From the NCBI GenBank assembly GCA_002633005.1, contig NMRA01000051.1:1206713-1270712 (forward strand): DNA of 64,000 nt. Direction: 5' to 3'. The notes below the pieces were generated by a model that ran no database searches, was not told where the DNA came from, and saw only the letters and a list, made by a program, of their open reading frames with translations. The DNA comes from Phoronis australis. Lineage: Eukaryota > Animalia > Phoronida. Of this stretch, positions 52,201-63,088 are shown piece after piece (position 1 is the first letter of the stretch; each line of letters opens with the position of its first letter). The position numbers and the translations under genes are program-made.

Positions 52201-55200
52201 ATCCATCCTATTTATTGGAATACTATAGTTGGATGACCTTCTGGTACAGATGCCTGAGATAGTAAGATCTGTGGTGGGCGCAACATCAGAGTTTATGATC
52301 ACCGACTTCTTGTCATATTTGTAAAACATTTTCAGCCAACAGATTTTGCATGTGTGGCTGAGGGTGGACCATTTTAGGGTTTTTAGCATTGAACCAACAG
52401 ATATAGATGACTGAACCGTCTCGTGACCCAGCGAGCAGCTCTCCTCGGTACTTTCTTTACAGCTGCAATGTCTTTTTGGGTATAAGGGTCCCAAACAGTA
52501 GAGGCGTATTCCAAGGTGGGTTGAACCATTGTTTTATATGCAAACTCCTTACATCGTTGGCTGCTTATACGCAAGTTTCGCCGAAGAAAGCCCAGAGTTT
52601 TATTCGCTTTTTTCTGGATGTTGCTTATGTGGGATGACCATTTGAGGACATGTGAGATGGTAACGCCCAAATATTTAGCCTCCTTGACTGGCTTTCGCGT
52701 GTGATTGTGGAGTACATATGAGGTGGTCTGGATTTGGCGTTTTCTGGTCAGGGTGAGGGCACTACACTTGTCTGGGTGGAAAGCCATAAGCCACTTGTCC
52801 TACCACAGAGCAAGACTATCTGAATCTTTCTGCAGAGCTTCTCTGTCAGTGGGGGAGTTAGCAATGTTGTAACAAATTGTATCATCTGCAAAGGGTCTGA
52901 TCTTACCAGACAAGCCAAGGGGAATGGGGTTTATGTATAATAGGAACAAGCAGGGGCCCAATACTGAGCCTTGGGGTAGGCACCTATTAGTGAGATGAAG
53001 CTATCCTCTCGTTTTTGGATGGATGTTCTCCGTAGTTTGTGCCACCTAGTGGCCATTTTTAGTATTTTCGAGTCTGTTTTTTGCATCCACCCCCCTATCA
53101 ACCAAACCGCTCAAAGGATTATTGTGAAAATTTGCATATATGTGCTTTCTATGAAGAGAACGATTGACAATGATTTTCCGACAATTTCGACTACTGTGGC
53201 GCCTCCTAGTGGCAGTTTCTTTTTTGTGCCTATGGCTGTATCTCCTAAACCGTTCGCAGGATATTCATATGATGTTAACAACAGACGATGACTACTTTTG
53301 GATGGATCCGACTACCGGTGTGCCCCCTAGTGGCAATTTTATTTTTTTACGTTTACCTTTGTATCTTCAAAAGTCCTTAACGGATTTTCATGAAATTTAA
53401 TATGTTGGCACCTATTAATGAGGTGACCCTATCTCCCCATTTTCGCATAGATTTGACGTAGTTTGGGCCACCTAATGGCCATTTTTACTGTTTTCAGGTC
53501 TGTTTTTTGCGTCCACCCCTCAACCAAACCGCTCAAAGGATGATTGTGAAAATTGGCATGTATGTGCTTACTATAAAGCGAACAGTTGACAATGATTTTA
53601 CGACGATTTCAACTACTGTGGCGCCTCCTAGTGGCATTTTTGTTTTTGTTGCGCTTATTGCTGTATCTCCTAAACCGTTCACAGGATCTTTACGTAATTT
53701 AGGAACTGTTTTTGTATGATGTTGACTACGGATGATGATGACTTTCAGACAGATCTTACTACTGCTGTGTCTCCTAGTGGCAATTTTAGTTTTTTACGTT
53801 TAACTCGGTATCTTCAAGGGTCTTCAACATAAAATTTTAAATATAGGCATCTATTTGGTGTAATGATGCTGTCTGCCTGTTTTTTGATGGAATCGAGGTA
53901 TTTTGCATCACCTAGTGACCACTTTTGCTGTTTTCAAATCTTGTTTTGGTGTCCTTCCCTGCATCAACCAAATCATTTAAAAATTGGCAAAAAAGTCTCA
54001 GTATGAAGAAGACCTTTGATGATGGTGACTCTCTACTGTGGCGCCTCCTAGTGGTAGTTTTGTTTTGCACCCATAGTTATATTTCTTAAACCCACTGCAG
54101 GATCTGTACTAAATTTAGTAAGTGTATTTATATGAAGATAACAACAGACGACGACGACTTTCAGGCGGATCCAACGGACACAGTGCCCACTAGTGGCCAT
54201 TTCATTTTATTCTGTTTTCCTTTGTTTCTCTGAAGTTCCTTGGCAGATTTTTATGAAATATGGCATGTTCCCGTTTTTGAATGGATTGTATATTTTTCGC
54301 GCCATCTAGTTTCCATTTTTACGATACAAATAAATAACCCTAAATGCACACCATTTGCAATGCATTCGTGGGCGCATTTCAACGCTCTGCATTGCTCTTT
54401 TTATTATTAGTTTTCTGAAAACAGGAGTCAGAAAATATCTGAAGAGTCAACTCGTCGCTAACATGTGGTCTATAGTAGGAGCATACCAACAGTTTGCGAC
54501 GTCCTTTAAGTTGGATGGTTGCCCAGATGAGTTCGCAGTGTTCCCTGGAGAGTGATGTTTCTTCAGAACAAGTGAGGGTATTTAGTACAGCAATTAAAAC
54601 ACCACCTCCGTGTTTGTTATAGCCAGCCAGGTAGCTGTGTAAAGACTATCGTCAAAGTACAAATAGGTACCGCTGTGTGTTGAGCTCTGTGAGACCCCAA
54701 GATTTCACGCAGCCCGGGTGGTTCTGCTCGTCAACTTACCGTGAAACTTATATCAACACGTAGAGCTAACGGCCGGCAGAGGTGCATGCAAAATCTGGGA
54801 GTCATTACCCAACTCTCATCTTGCCTGTTGCAGCTGTTTAAGTGAAAAACAAAGAAAATTCTGTCATTGTTTTGAAAACAGTACACTTGTGACACACACA
54901 TACCATAAAATTTTGCGACATCTCTCGGGAGATGGTGACGGCAGCAAAATTTGTTCTGAAATTTGGTTTGTTGGTAATGCATGTATGAACAATTACAATG
55001 TAGAAATGCCTATAGTATGTGCTTGAATTGCTTTAACATTTCGAAATGGTGACTTGTCAAACTCGCATTTGCATAAACCTCCGGAATACAGGTGTTGAAC
55101 AAGCTAATATGTACTACCCCCTTCTGTTTTTTTACGCCATGTTCTTGAATTCCTCTAGGTCTCCACTGTTTCAAGTGCCAGGATGTGGAACTAGACTCGG

Positions 55201-58200
55201 ACAGTAGTGTGGTGAAGTCTCTGATTGGACCATTACCGACTAACAAAGCTTGTGCCTCCACCACATTCAATGCCTTAGACCGTGGTGTGTCTACTGAGAC
55301 ATGCTCAAGCAGTCAAGTCTGTGGATTTGTCAAAGGAGGTTTCTCATTTACAGTCCCTGTTCGTGAGTACACTCGGACACCCTACAGGATTCTAATTGAA
55401 GTGAATGGTAGTTCTCACACAAATCTTTCTACGCAGGTTCACATTCTGTGCTCTTGCGACACAAGCATTGGTTTATGATGCAAGAAAGCACAATTTCCTC
55501 CGGTGAAATTTCAAACATGGTATTTGCAACCCACCTTATAATTCATTTTTGTTAATTTGATTCGATATTTTTATCACGTTACAAAGTAAAGTTGTGTTCT
55601 ATTTACAATTTTTATTACTTGAAAAACCAATTGTACACTTAAATGCATAACTGAGTAGACATGGCATTTTCTGTCTTTTCCATGTTCATGTAATACCTAG
55701 AGTTGTGTTTTTCCATTTATCACCAGTTGGCAGTGTGAGCGCTCAGGCCTACCAACGGGGCTGTATAGACAGTGGCCAGAGTAGTGGCTGTGTCACCGAC
55801 AATGAGAAGCTGCGTGAATTGTTTAAATTCTTGTCAAAGTTTGCCGATGTGTCGGTGAATGCTGACGTGTGCTACTGTGACTTCGAGCTCTGCGTGGCCG
55901 GTGGTTGTGGTGACAACCAGTACGCTATTGGACCAATCTGGTGAGTTGCAGGGGCTGTTGGGGATGACCAGCTATTGGACCAATGTGGCGAGTGGAAAGG
56001 GATGTAAGATGATCAGATATTATAATTGCTTTTCGTACTTTCCGGGCTAACATAATCCATAGTTAATTATATTTTCTGTAATTTGCATTATGCTGATGGC
56101 CCAAACTTGAAAATTGAAGGGGCTGAAGGGATGAACAGTATGCTATTTTCTCAATGTAGGGAGTGGGAGGGGCTATGGAGATGTCTAGTGTGGTGTTGCA
56201 CCAATCTCGTGATTGGGAAGGCTATTGTAACTTTGAACCAATCTGATGAATGGGAAGGACTATGAAGATGTCTTGTGTGACATTGGACCAATCTCACGGG
56301 TGCTATGGAGATGACCAATTTGTTGAGCGCGAAGGGCTTTGGTGATTGTTAACATGTTATTGCTTTTATTTAGTGTCATGGATATGACTAGTGTTGTATT
56401 AGATCAGTGTAATTAGAGGAGCAGGTGTGGTGAAAATCAGTCTGATATTGGGCAAATGTGGCAATATTGAGTTTTGAGGACTACCACTAGGTTATAGGTC
56501 TGCTTTGGATCATGGGAAAGGCTGTTAAAGCAAGCGCAACCAATGTGTTTTTGTACTACTGTGGTGAGTGTGCCGAATAAGTTGTAGGGGTGACTGATTT
56601 ACAATTTGTCATATCTATTGTATGAAATGACCGACAGAATCTGTATTAGTATGATTCTTACGTCAAGTCACCACTCTGTTATGTTCGCACAAGTAAATCC
56701 TGGGCTCATTTGTTAGTGCGACTTAGCAAAATTCCCATGTTGCCAAACTAGAACTTAGGCTGTCAAAACAAGGAAAAATTGCACTGGGGTTGCGGTCCGT
56801 TCTAAAAAAACTGAATCAGTTAAGATAAGTCTTAGACTCAAATAAAAAATGAACTTGAGTGTTTTTCCTGGAATGGGTCCCTGGCCTCTAGAAACGACAA
56901 GTAGGTTGGAAAGTGCTGAAAATGAAATGGAAAAGGTACCTGATGAAAAAACTAGCGAAATCAGCAAGTGTCCGTCCTGATTCCCGAGATCACCCAGGCA
57001 GCGTCAAACCGAAAGTGATGCATGTCTCGAGTACTCGATAACGACTAATTTCTCCTCTTGAACCCAATATTCTGCACAGGCTCACCTCCTCAAGGCTTGG
57101 AATTTTCCGTGGAAACGCGGATTTCTGCTGTTTCCTTTTAGTCCCTCCGCGTATTTTCGTTATACTTCAGTGGAAAAAATCGGATTTGCCATAAAATTAT
57201 CGCTGCAAATTGGTTTCTCACCGCGGCGTTGCCGACGGCTCGAAAAGCGGAAACTGCACTTTATGTTTCGGAAGAACGGAAATTGTAATTGCGGATCACA
57301 GGCTCTCGAATTTCCCGATGACTTGTAACCATATACATTAAGAAACATTCTTTCTTAGTAGTGAGTGACGTCAGAGGTAATCGAGGAACAGATAAATTCA
57401 AGCGCCTGTGCCTGGGATTGCGTGGTTCATCAATGGCGTCTGCATTTGGTATAAAATCGCAGCGACGAATAGTGCGATTCTGCGGTCAAAAATGCGTGGA
57501 GCGTGGAGTAGATAGAAAATTTCGTGGAGAAGTGGATAAAAGATATGGTCAATGTCTTCACAAACAACATAAGTCAAGGTTTGTGCTCTGTAAACTTTGA
57601 GAGAGGAACAATTACGGAGTTCGTGGGCGGGTCGCCTCGGACTAAGTTGGAGTCGGAGGACTGACTGAAAACGATGAAACACTAGAGATAAAAACGCTTC
57701 CTGAAAGGAAACTCAACCGTAACCGGTTATTCGTTGGATTGGAATCGTGGGATGTGAGCGATGTATGAAATTCTTTTGTTTGATCCCACATGCGCGCGCC
57801 CGTTGCCGTTGGCTGCTAAGCCCTAGCTAAGGCCTGACCGCTTGAGTGTGATTTTCTACGTGACGCTGAAACGGGATACAAAGTGCTATTTTCGTTACTG
57901 CAAATGCGCTTTAATGCCTTTTGTGTATTTCAATTTATCTTGACATTTTTCGTGTTCTATTTTGTGACTCGAGTTTTGCAGTTTTAGTGAAGTGATCACG
58001 TGACAGATTCTGAATGATCTGATTGGTATAAGCCATTGTTTACAAATTCTGGCAGACTATTTTCAGAGTGTCCTGATAGAACTTTATTTCTTATGTCACA
58101 TAGTTTCTTCTACACCAGCATGTCTTATGAACAATTAACTCCTGTAATTACTGTTTGAAACTAAATAAAAAGTTTGGCCAACTTAGGACTGTGATTAATG

Positions 58201-61200
58201 CATTCATTTTTCCATGCTAACAGTTGGGTATGAGCCACAGGTTTTCGTCTTGACTTTTTCCATTTGCTTTGGAATTAAAATTTTTGTTGGAATTAAATGT
58301 GTATGTATTTCAGGCTTTCTAGTTAATCTATGGATCGATTTTCAATTTCTTTGTAATTTTGTATCATAATTATAAGAATTGAAAATCATTTTATAGGTCT
58401 CCCTCAGTGCAACAAATCAAGAATAAGCTCCTGCCACTCAGACTGAAAATTTTTCATTGTTATCGTTATTATTTTAATTTTAAAAAATAATTTTTGTTGC
58501 ATCTAATTGCGTTCATTGTTGTTGCTGAAATAGATATCAGGTACTGCTTAAGATGAGTGCGTTTTGTCAACACGACACAGTAACTTTTGATCTGTTGAGG
58601 TATGGTTTAGATTGAAATGTGTATTTAGGGCCGTAAAAATTCCCTCTTTTTTGTCATGGGTCATTCCAAGCCCTGCCTCCTAAAACAGAAGCAGACAATC
58701 TGAACACTGTCCATGCATGATCATAAGCGGGCCGATTTTTGTTGAACTATTCCAATTTCTGTCGGTTTACATCCTGTAGTATTTTGAATTTGTCATGTCA
58801 CTGTTCCCGAGGACTTGAATTGTTAGTACTCTTACCAAGTGTTCAGCCAGTATACCCATCTTATTGCTTCAGCCTACAGAAGTGGTTGGCATTCACCATC
58901 GCTGGTGGTGTCCTGCTGTTAATCACTGCCTGCATTGTGTGTTGCTGCTGCTGCTGCTGTGGATGCTGTCGTCGTCAAAGTAAGTACAGCAACATTAGTT
59001 GTGTTTGAATTAAATCTAGTCTGCTGGTCTACTTACAAAGTTAAAGTCCTTAGGCTTATCGCGCCTCCTTCAAAGAGGAGGGTACTGAAGACTGGCGGGA
59101 ACCGTTGTCTCTTGCATTCTCACAAGATGTCGTCTGGTTAGCTACCCCACGCAAGCTCTCATCTCAAGCAGACGACGTTTTGAAGTGAGCTCTACCTTAT
59201 TTGTTTGGAGAAGGATTAAGTGATTTGATGAACAAAGCCTCCTGCACACTTCTCATGCTCATGACATCGCCATTGTGTTCGTTAAGGTTTTTTCCCCGGA
59301 AACCGTCACTTCTTCCGGTTTCTGTTGATTGGACTTGTTCATCAATAAACACTCGCAAACCTTCTTATATTTAACTTACTGTCGCATTGTCATTTTTGAA
59401 TTCATGACCTGTGTCCTGGAGGTGATTAAAAACAGCCGAAGACAAGTTGGAAAATGTGCTCCTATGGAGCTGACAATGGGTGACTAGTTTCAGACCAATC
59501 GTATTACCTGTGCCCCAGTGGACAGTTTTATTTTTTTGTTTGCCTTCACCTTTGCAGTTTATTGGTGTATTTTCGTAATATTTTGCAAAATGAGATATAT
59601 CACCACGACCCCTTTCAGCTTTCATATAGATTCAACATATTCTATGCCTTGTAGTGACAATTTTTATGCGCCCACATATTTATGTGTGGATGCATTATGC
59701 CATCATCCCCGTCTGTCCGGCGTCCGTCTGGCATCCGTTGCTCTATCTGCAAAACCCTTTGACGTGTGTTCACGAAATTTTGCACATATGTTCCTTTCAT
59801 GGATGGGACGGCATGAGCAAACTTTTGGACAGGTCCGACTACCGGTGTGCCCCCAATTGGCAATTTTAATTTTTTACTTTTATCTCTGTATCCTCCAAGG
59901 CCTCAACGGATTTTTATAAAATTTTGCATATAGGCATGTATTAAGTAGAAGCTATCTTCCGGTTTTCGGATGGGTTCGAGGTATTTTGCACCACCTAGTG
60001 GTCATTTTTACTGTGTTTGAGGCTGTTTTTTTGGCGTCTATCACTCTATTTACCAAACCGCTCTAAGGATGATTGTGAAAATTGGCATGTATGATTTTAC
60101 TATGAAGAAGACGGCTGACAGTGATTTTTTGACGACTTCGACCTCTGTAGCGCCTCCTAGTGGCAGTTTTTTATGCATCCATGGTTGTGTCTCCGAAACA
60201 CTCTGCAAGATCTTTACTAAATTTAGCAAGTGTATTTATATGAAGTTGACAACGGACGATGACAACTTTCGGAAGGTTCCGACTACCAGCGTGCCCCCTA
60301 GTGGCAATTTTAGTTTTTTCCGTTCACCTCTGTATCTTCATGGGTTCTCAACATATTTTCATAAAATTTGGCTTGTAAACATTTAGTAGTATGATGACGC
60401 TATCCCTTTGTTTTCGGTTGGATTCGACATAGTTTGCACCACTTAGAAGGGATATACCTAGGTTTCAAAACCCCGCTCGCCAGCTGGGCGAGTGAGCCAG
60501 AAAATCTACTCGCCCAGCCCGATGTTCAGTCGCCCAGCCATTTGCGTCACTTGCTGCCATTGTCAATAAAAATCATCGTTTCGTGCGTTTATATCACCAT
60601 CTATTAGGGCTAGTAGCGTTTTTAGAAAATAAATTCCTACCAAGAAACTTTTGACGTCGATGAATTCCCAGCAACACAAGACGTTACCTTGGCACAAAGC
60701 TGCAATGTAGTAATATAGGCTATAGCTATGGCGCCGATGTGGGTAAAAGACTGACCAGATAAAATCTGGCACAAAAGTAGTTTTATTAAAAACTCCACTC
60801 TTCCTCACTCCTGACTCCAAAATGGAAGCGCCCAACCAAAAGCAACGGCGAAAGAAATCAACTTGTCATTAAGCGCAAGTCAAGCATTCTGTCTACATCC
60901 ATGTGGTCAAAAACTTATTCTTTGAACTTTTGATTTGCCTGGTGACTTTTTACATGTTGTTTGTTTGCTTCATTGCTTTGGCATCGGATGGAGCAACCCT
61001 ATGCATAATAGTAATGTCCTCGGATTGTTGAACAAGCGCAATTTTGGCTTTGAACCAAAAAAGAAATATACAATGTATATGAAATTAAGTTCAAAGTATT
61101 CAGTTAGAAAATCTGACAATCATTAGCACTGTTTGGTTGCCTAGGTGTCCAGTGGAAGCAAATCTTTACAAAATCAAGTGCTTCCCTTAAACATACACCA

Positions 61201-63088
61201 CGAACTAGCGGAATCTTGCTTGATCCGTCTTTTCTCTCAAGAAACTTGCCCTACTGAACGCACGCCTACCGGTGTGAATACCTTAGTTCCAAGAAATGAC
61301 GAACAGCCACCGAGGTATGTAAAAACGCAATCACGCGGCCACTGTATCGTGCACTACAGGCTGTCAGAAGTCCGTTACTTCAATCCCCCAACCTATCTTT
61401 TAACTGATATGCTTAAAGTCCAACGTCGGTGTAGCTCCGTGAGGATAAACTCTGTCTTCCATGCAGTAAGGAACAACTCAAGACCTTAAAATTTTGATTT
61501 TAACCGCCCAGCCCCTGTTTTTTTTGATTCCTAGTTTCACTTGCTGTGAGCACATTGACCGGTCTTCTGCCTTTCCCCCCCATTTTATTCGATTCGGACT
61601 AGTCCACAAATTCGTTTGTGCATGACCAACCACTGCGATCTGCTGTCTAGACAAATCGCGTAAGGGGTGACAGTCTACCCGCTGACCAAACTGAACCTTT
61701 GTTTTCATGATAAAAACAGCACAAGGAGGAGAAAATTTATTCGTGTTCATCTGGGAAACAATAGAGTGCTTTTGCGCTCTGAAAATTCGCTCGCCACCTA
61801 GGCAACCGGAAAGACAATTTCTACTCGCCCAGCACCATTTTTACTCGTATTGGCAAATGGGCGAGTGGCTAAGTATATCCCTGCTTAGTGGCCACACTCT
61901 TTTTGAGTTTTTTGGCATCCTCCAAACCACTTTAAGGATGATTGTCAAAATTGGCATATATATGTTTTTACTATGAAGAGGACGGCTGACGATTTTCCGA
62001 AGACTTCGACTACTGTGGTGCCCCTTAGTGGCAGTTTTGTTATTTTTTTGCGCCCATGGCTGAAAATTGGCATATGTGTTCTCAGTGTGAAGAGGATGGT
62101 TGACGATGACGACTTTGACTACTGTGGCGTCTCCAATGGTAGTTTTGTTTTGTGCCCATTGCTGAATCTCCTAAACCACTGCTGGATCTTCATTGAATTT
62201 AGTGAGTGTATTTATATGAAGCTAACAACATACAATGACGACTTTCAGGTGGATCCAATGAACATTGTTCCCCCTAGTGGCAATTTCATTTTTTCTGTTT
62301 TCCGTTATTTCTCTGAAGTTTCGTGATAGATTTCTATGAAATTTGGTGAATAGCTTTCTACTAAAGAAGCAATGACATATTCCCATTTTCGTATGGATTG
62401 TACGTTTTTGCACCATCAAGTGGCCATCTTTATGACACAAATAAACTACCCTAAAAGCACACCTTTTGCGATGCATTTGTGGGTGCATTTCAACGCTCCG
62501 TGTTGCTCTTGTTTACATTTGCCTCAGTATATTTTGTTTTCCTTAACTCATTTTCATGAAATGTGGAGATGACGATACTTTCTAATTTCCAGACAGGTTC
62601 CGTTTGATGTATTCTGTGCCATTTAGTGGCCATTAAGATGCTAATTAAAACTCCTAGAAGCTCGTTGTTCGCGGTGCAGATGTTGGCACAGGTCAACACT
62701 CTACATTGCTCTTGTTCATTAGTATATTACATTGCTGTTTAGCAATAAAAAACAACTAAAATGTCTGGATATTGGACTATGACCTTTGTTGTTAAAGGTA
62801 ACTATGGAGAAGAAAGTGTTAAAATGAAATAAAGTTATCAGTGTTGTGTACTTAGTTGAAGAAGCATCAAAAATATGTTACTGAGATAAATAATAAGTTT
62901 GAAGATCAAGACTTTTCAAATGTTGGGTTTTAATCCAACTATTTGTGTTATCGTGATGTTTTTTTTCTGTCGCAGCACCAGGAACTGTCATCGTCTCTGG
63001 TCCAAATCCTCCGACATCAGTGATTCATCACCACCAGCACACTGCTCAGGGCTACTCTCGTCTGCACAATACCAATGAAACTGTCTAG
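43294..63088 (+). CDS. Single-pass type I membrane protein with a Ly6/uPAR (three-finger)-like ectodomain, poly-Cys juxtamembrane segment and PDZ-binding tail; 5 exons, 229 aa
   Basis: Exons 43294-43345 (signal peptide MFLLRIVSVFCCTGFCLG, donor gtaagt), 55159-55362 (LHCFKC...ACA...TCSSSQVCG), 55727-55940 (RGC...GC...CYCDFELC...), 58873-58979 (TM WLAFTIAGGVLLLITACIV, then CCCCCCCGCCRRQ) and 62976-63088 (...GYSRLHNTNETV*). Phases 1/1/2/1 are all consistent and total 690 nt. The exon-1 link across an 11.8-kb intron is inferred from phase and the signal peptide. Confidence 0.8.
43412..46351. mobile_element. Non-autonomous TIR element (CAGGGCTCGAC ends, AGGTCGCA/AGCTCGCA subterminal repeats), copy 1
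   Basis: cagggctcgac at 43412 and gtcgagccctg ending 46351. The 44490-46351 segment is colinear with 48901-50908. Confidence 0.75.
43482..44419. mobile_element. MULE/Mutator-like non-autonomous element, ~270-bp TIRs, 9-bp TSD
   Basis: 43488-43759 is a near-perfect inverted repeat of 44147-44419. The direct repeat GCCTACTCC lies at 43473-43481 and 44420-44428, and removing the insert restores the host sequence seen (inverted) at ~49640-49670. Confidence 0.8.
47173..48037. other. Assembly gap (N run); smaller gaps at 27040-27043 and 42243-42279
   Basis: Ns in the sequence. The long ORFs 47051-48325, 47123-48265 and 47163-48167 are artefacts of this gap. Confidence 1.
48038..48368 (-). pseudogene. 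Frameshifted THAP-domain ORF (transposase N-terminus, probably Kolobok-like)
   Basis: MPHCCCVP...GVPLHRF / MDDTLRRNWLVRVKN / CRVCGKHFLPSGYERDLYAELM...LKKDAIPSV shows the THAP C2CH, F-P, W, CxxHF and AVPTIF-like hallmarks across two frameshifts. It runs into the N gap. Confidence 0.8.
48627..50908. mobile_element. Second copy of the CAGGGCTCGAC TIR element (left TIR missing)
   Basis: Right end gtcgagccctg at 50908, ggtcgca subterminal repeats at 48635-48715, and a body homologous to copy 1. Confidence 0.75.
51866..52978 (-). mobile_element. 5'-truncated non-LTR retrotransposon (CR1/L2-group LINE) RT fragment with (AAG)n tail
   Basis: Minus-strand peptides PQGSVLGPCLFLLYIN, FADDT, FHPDKC, KYLGVTI, LEYASTVWDP and FFPKTVADWNSLP with frameshifts. 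The 3' end is a tcttcttcttctt tract at 51866-51878. Confidence 0.9.
52979..54405 (+). mobile_element. Helentron/DINE-1-like non-autonomous element, 5'-truncated, with internal tandem repeats
   Basis: Degenerate repeats carrying CCTAGTGGC. The 3' end has the subterminal IR gtgggcgcat (54368-54377), a short hairpin and a T-run; homologous to 59661-62515. Confidence 0.7.
55900..56350 (+). repeat. Degenerate ~45-50-bp tandem repeats starting inside exon 3 of the Ly6-like gene
   Basis: Recurrent motif (att)ggaccaatct(g/c)gtgagtgg.aggggctatggagatg at ~55927, 55974, 56150, 56198, 56236 and 56282. Confidence 0.65.
59050..59500 (-). mobile_element. Penelope-like retroelement GIY-YIG endonuclease C-terminal relic
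   Basis: Minus-strand peptides HRSTFSNLSSAVFNHLQDTGHEF...NATV and ERSVQEALFIKSLNPSPNK resemble the PLE motifs SAVxxH...GH and ERxVKEAIxI...PSLN. Confidence 0.65.
59661..62515 (+). mobile_element. Complete Helentron/DINE-1-like (HINE) element interrupted by a hAT-like insertion
   Basis: 5' T-run plus atgcgcccac (59666-59675), a ccgtctgtcc/gtccgt microsatellite-like tract and internal CCTAGTGGC repeats. The 3' end has gtgggtgcat (62479-62488), the hairpin caacgc-tcc-gtgttg and ctcttgtt. Confidence 0.75.
60447..61883 (+). mobile_element. Internally deleted hAT-like transposon with 5-bp TSD CTTAG, nested in the Helentron-like element
   Basis: TIR (a)AGGGATATAC.TAG / CTAAGTATATCCCTG; TSD CTTAG at 60442-60446 and 61884-61888, whose removal restores the host ccacttagtggcc. 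It has CTCGCC subterminal repeats and the relic hAT motif IALASDGA at ~60972-60995. Confidence 0.8.

Noticed and set aside
54932-54988. Alternative first exon MVTAAKFVLKFGLL for the Ly6-like gene
   Set aside because: The better donors are phase 0 while the next acceptor needs phase 1. The 43294 exon gives a proper signal peptide with a consensus donor.
52995-62572. Several similar short ORFs (IVKIGMYV...VAPPSG)
   Set aside because: They are translations of the Helentron-like internal tandem repeat, with inconsistent frames between copies.
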